A stretch of 63,827 bases of DNA, the filler included, from Chiloscyllium plagiosum (Eukaryota), in NCBI RefSeq assembly GCF_004010195.1. It is 6 parts of one record of this genome, joined end to end, with 100 filler letters (N's around TTAATTAATTAA, not from the genome) between each part and the next. Parts side by side here need not be neighbours in the genome. Positions count along the whole stretch, not along the records: positions 59,574 to 62,633 come from NC_057717.1; positions 62,734 to 63,827 come from NC_057717.1; 4 more parts are not named here. One strand, 5' to 3'. The notes below the pieces were generated by a model that worked only from the letters and a program-made list of their open reading frames with translations, was not told the DNA's origin and made no database searches. The position numbers and the translations under genes are program-made. Shown piece after piece: positions 59,898-63,827 of this stretch; the first letter of the stretch is position 1, and every line of letters begins with the position of its first letter.

Positions 59898-62633
59898 GGA
59901 TTGTCTGTATGGATTTGCGAGACGACTGTCCTCTGATATTGATGAGGGCAGTGCAGATGATGTGGTTTATATGGAGTTCATTAAGGTCCCACACGGAAGG
60001 CTGGACCAAAAGGGAAGGTACCATGGGTTCCAAGGTACATTGGTAAATTGGCTCCACAATTGGTGGAGGGTTGGTTTTGTGATTGAAAGCCTTTGCCCAG
60101 CAGGTGTACCACAGGTATCTGTGCAGGAGCCTTTGCTGTTCATTATGGACATTAATCACTGGGATGTGAAAGCAGAAGGTAACATTAGTAGGTTTGCAGA
60201 TGACATGAAAGGTGAGGGTGTTCTCCACAGTGAGGGGGATGCACTCAGGCTGCAGTCTGATATCCATCACATGATAAACTGAGCAGAGTAATGTCAGACA
60301 GAGTTTACTTCAGATCACGGTGAGGTAATGCACTGTGGCAAGTTTAATTAACAAATGATATACATCATGAATGGAAGGTCCTCCTGGGGTACTGAGGAAT
60401 ATAGGGACATTGGTGGGCAAGTCCCTGGATGTCTGAAGGTGTCAGCACAGGTCAACAGGGTGGGGAATACACTTGAACTGTGAGCAGGAGGGGGGACCCA
60501 CATTCCCTTGGGAAGCATTGCTGGAGCTGCTCGAGAGCATTTAAACTCATCTGGCAGGGCTGTGTGACCCCAAAGAGTCGTAGGGCCAGAAAGAAAGTTG
60601 AGGCTGGTACAAATGTTCAAGAGAGCAATATAAGTAGGCAAGGCAGGCAAGAACATAGCAGACAATTAGGAAAAACTGGTGGATTAAACTGCAGTTATTT
60701 CAATGCAAAGTGCCAGACAGATAAGGCCGATGAACCCAGAGCATGGATGGGAACATGGGATTGGGATACCATAGATATTACAAAAACACAGTTGAGGGAG
60801 CAACAGGACCAGCAGCTCAATGTTCCGGAGACAGACTCTTCAGGAAGGATAGAACAGGAGGCACAACAGGAGGAGAGCTGGTGGTTTTGATTGGGGGAAA
60901 CATCCCAGCAGGACCGAGAGGGAGGATTCATGCAGCATCGCCCAGTTAAGCGATATTAGTGGAACTGAGAAATAAAACTGGTCGTTAGTTTTCTACGATC
61001 GTACGACAGCGATAGTCAATGGGAGATGAAGGAGCAAATATATCAGGAGATTTCAGATATCTCTTAAATTAATAGGGTTGTAATGATAGGGGATCTTAAC
61101 CGTTCCAAACCTGGACTGGGATTGCTACTAAGTTAAGCATTTGGATGGAAGGAATTTGTTAAGTGTGTTCCGAAAACTCCTAGTCATTATGTAAGTGGTC
61201 CAACTGGAGAATGGGGCTAAACCTGACCTCCCCGTGGGAAACAAGGTAGGGAACAGGACTGAGGTGTTAGTGGGGGAGCTCTTTGGAAAGTTACCACAAT
61301 TGTATTAGTTTGAAAATAGCGATGGAAAAGGACCTGGTCCACAAGTTAAAGTTATTCAATGGAGCAAGATAGTATAAGACATGAATTTTTAAAGTAGATC
61401 TGTGGAGGCTATTTGCAGATAAAGGGAAGCCTGGCAAGTAGGAATATTTTAAAACCGAGATAACAGGAGGGTTCAACGCCAGCGTGTTCCTGTTAGTGTG
61501 CAGCTCAATGCTGACTGAATTAGGAAACACTGGCTGAGTTTCGAGACTGTGGTCAAGAAAAAAAGAGGTCACATGTCAGATATAACTGGCTGACTCAAGG
61601 GAGCATCGGGGCAGTAGAAATACACTTAGGATGGAAATCAGGAATGTAAAAAGAGGACATGAGATAGATTTGGCAGAGAACGTTAAGGAGAATCCAAAGA
61701 GACTCTGCAAGTGTATTAAGAGGAAAAGAAGAGGTAGGGACAAACCCGGTATTCTTAATGATCAATGAAGCCAACGATGTGTGAAACTACAAGATCCGAA
61801 ACAAATATTTCACTTTGGAACTTACTGTGGATAAAGACTGGGGCGCTCATGGAACTAAACAGTGTTTGGCCTGACCACTATTGGAATACTGTGTGCAATT
61901 CTGATCTCAATGCCATCGGAAGGATGTCGTGGAACATGAAAGGGTTCAGAAGAAATGACCAAAGTTGTTGCCAGGGTTGGAGGGCTTGCGATTCAGGGAG
62001 AAGCCTGAATAGGCTGGGGCTGTTTTCAGTTGAACATGGGAAGCTGAGGAGTTAACCGATAAAAGGTGTTTAAGATCATGATAGTCATCGACAGGTTCAA
62101 GAGACAAGATTATTTCCCCAGGCGAGGGAAACTTTTCAAAGGGATCTAAAGGACAACTGACTCTCGCAGAGTGGATGGGATAAGCTGCCAGAGCAAATAG
62201 TGGAGGCTGATAGACATACATTTAAAAGGCATGTGGATGGGTGTATGAAAAGCAAAGGTTTAGAGGAATATTGGCAAAATTGTGGCAAATGCGACTCGAA
62301 ACACCATGCAGGAGTTGGTCCAAAGGGCCTGTTTCCGTGCTGTACATCTTTAAGACTCAATGTCTTGAAATGAGTCCAAATTGTAGAAAAGGAGGTGCTG
62401 GAGGTTTTAAAACACAAAGGTAGATAAATCCCCAGGACCTGATCAAATGCATCTCAAGGCATTGTGGGAAGCTGGTGAAGAAATTGTAGGGCCACTAGCA
62501 GAGATATTTGTACAATTGAGAGCTGCATTTGATAGGCTGTTAGACTGGAGGGTGGCATTGTGGACAGTGAAGAAGGTTTTCTGAGATTACAAAGGGATCC
62601 TGATGAAATGTGTGAATGGCTGAAAAACTGTAG
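59898..62633 (+). mobile_element. Patchwork of decayed CR1 LINE pieces (RT, APE endonuclease, 3' end)
   Basis: DVVYMEF.KVPHGRL..GVPQVSV..FADD, LNCSYFNAK..WDWDTIDITKT (APE), a CR1 3' tail at ~62300-62358, and KSPGPDQMH. Confidence 0.85.
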
Positions 62634-63827
62634 NNNNNNNNNNNNNNNNNNNNNNNNNNNNNNNNNNNNNNNNNNNNTTAATTAATTAANNNNNNNNNNN
62701 NNNNNNNNNNNNNNNNNNNNNNNNNNNNNNNNNTTGGAAGAGCGAATTTCAATGCAGAATACAGGGTTAAAGGATTCCTGAAAGTGTGGGGGAGCAGAGG
62801 AATCTTGGGTCATATTGGCTGTATTTAGAACAAGTGTCAATCCCAAAAGCCACTCAAGTTAAAATCTTCCAAGGCGCTTCCAGTTTTACAAATAACGTTT
62901 TGAAACAGTTGTTCAGAGTGACAATCAAAATGAAATAACTCGTTTCTGGTATACTTCAGGAGAACCTTCGAATGTAGTATCCACCCAGGTTACAGTTAAA
63001 GTCTAGAAAGTTGAGATTATTTGAACAAGTTGATTTGCTTCTTTGGAAATATTTCAATTGCTTGCCAATAAATTGTGGTTTTGGAAGTTACATTTGATAA
63101 TCTCTTCACGACCAATCAGAGCAGGACCACGGAGACAGATGTTGTGGCAGACATTCATTTTAATAAATGCACCTGGAATTTCGTATATAGCACAATGTTT
63201 AGCTTTCAGTAAAGGTGCTGATATGATGTGTTATATGTGAAGTAAAGAACGTGTGAATTCACTGTGAACCTGCACTGGAGTGGGTCCTAAATACATGTTA
63301 CTCTTTGAGGAAGAGCCGGACATGAAGTGATTTATGTGTCCCGGAGAATCGGGCTGCATTTTGACATAAACGATACAGTGATACTTTCTCCAGTAGGGAG
63401 CTATCTTTAACCAGTCAGGAGATAATTCATTCGCACAGGGAATGGGCAGGAATGCAGCGAGGATCATCAGGAAGAGTCTGTACTCTTTTATTGGGATGAT
63501 TAAGAACTGTCCACAATTCGGACACAAGTGAATAAAAAGGGTGGAAAATTTTACACCAATGTTTGATCTGTTGCTTGAAACTCACGCATCTGTGTATGAT
63601 TATTTTATAAACTCACGGCACTCCTCAGGAGAAGGACGGTCGAGTCGATCTGACCGCAGCAGTTAAAGATGGGTATTCTTCAACTCAACTGATCTTAAGT
63701 TAGTAAAGGTGTTCTTCTCTCTTTCTTGCACAGTGAAGTCTTGTAGGAATCAAAAGAAATGTGGTGATTCTTTGGTGCGTGGGAAAGTGCACCTAATTTC
63801 TGCTAATGCACAGTTGATCGGTCATCA

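Noticed and set aside
63231..63527. 98-aa - strand ORF
   Set aside because: GTG start, no motif, and a length expected by chance.

Overview
AT-rich, repeat-dense vertebrate DNA, by inference from a cartilaginous fish (shark): it carries HE1-type tRNA-derived SINEs, many CR1 LINE fragments and several Penelope-like element (PLE) families. The assembly is a draft, with three ~500-N gaps and five 100-bp gaps containing an artificial TTAATTAATTAA linker, so adjacency across gaps is uncertain. Host coding content is (1) a cluster of orphan class-A GPCRs of the GPR139/GPR142-like type: one intact two-exon gene (12600-13961, 332 aa), one two-exon paralog whose TM7/C-terminus is replaced (527-1896), one inverted partial paralog between gaps (18306-18878) and one divergent pseudogene (37097-37994); and (2) a single intact ROBO3-like exon (57226-57361, CC2 motif NWTDLLPPPPP) that the ORF track misses. 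The exon lies in a 726-bp unique segment between two same-strand PLE pseudo-LTRs. Each pseudo-LTR has a hammerhead-ribozyme (HHR) core, and the cores are exactly 990 nt apart. This looks like PLE-mediated capture of host DNA or a retrozyme-like unit and is the most interesting signal here. About a dozen HHR motifs from at least three PLE families occur in the window, including two tiny TSD-flanked insertions. Gmr1-like Gypsy remnants, a Tx1-like fragment and decayed minisatellites fill the rest. All family calls come from visual motif recognition, and repeat boundaries are approximate.
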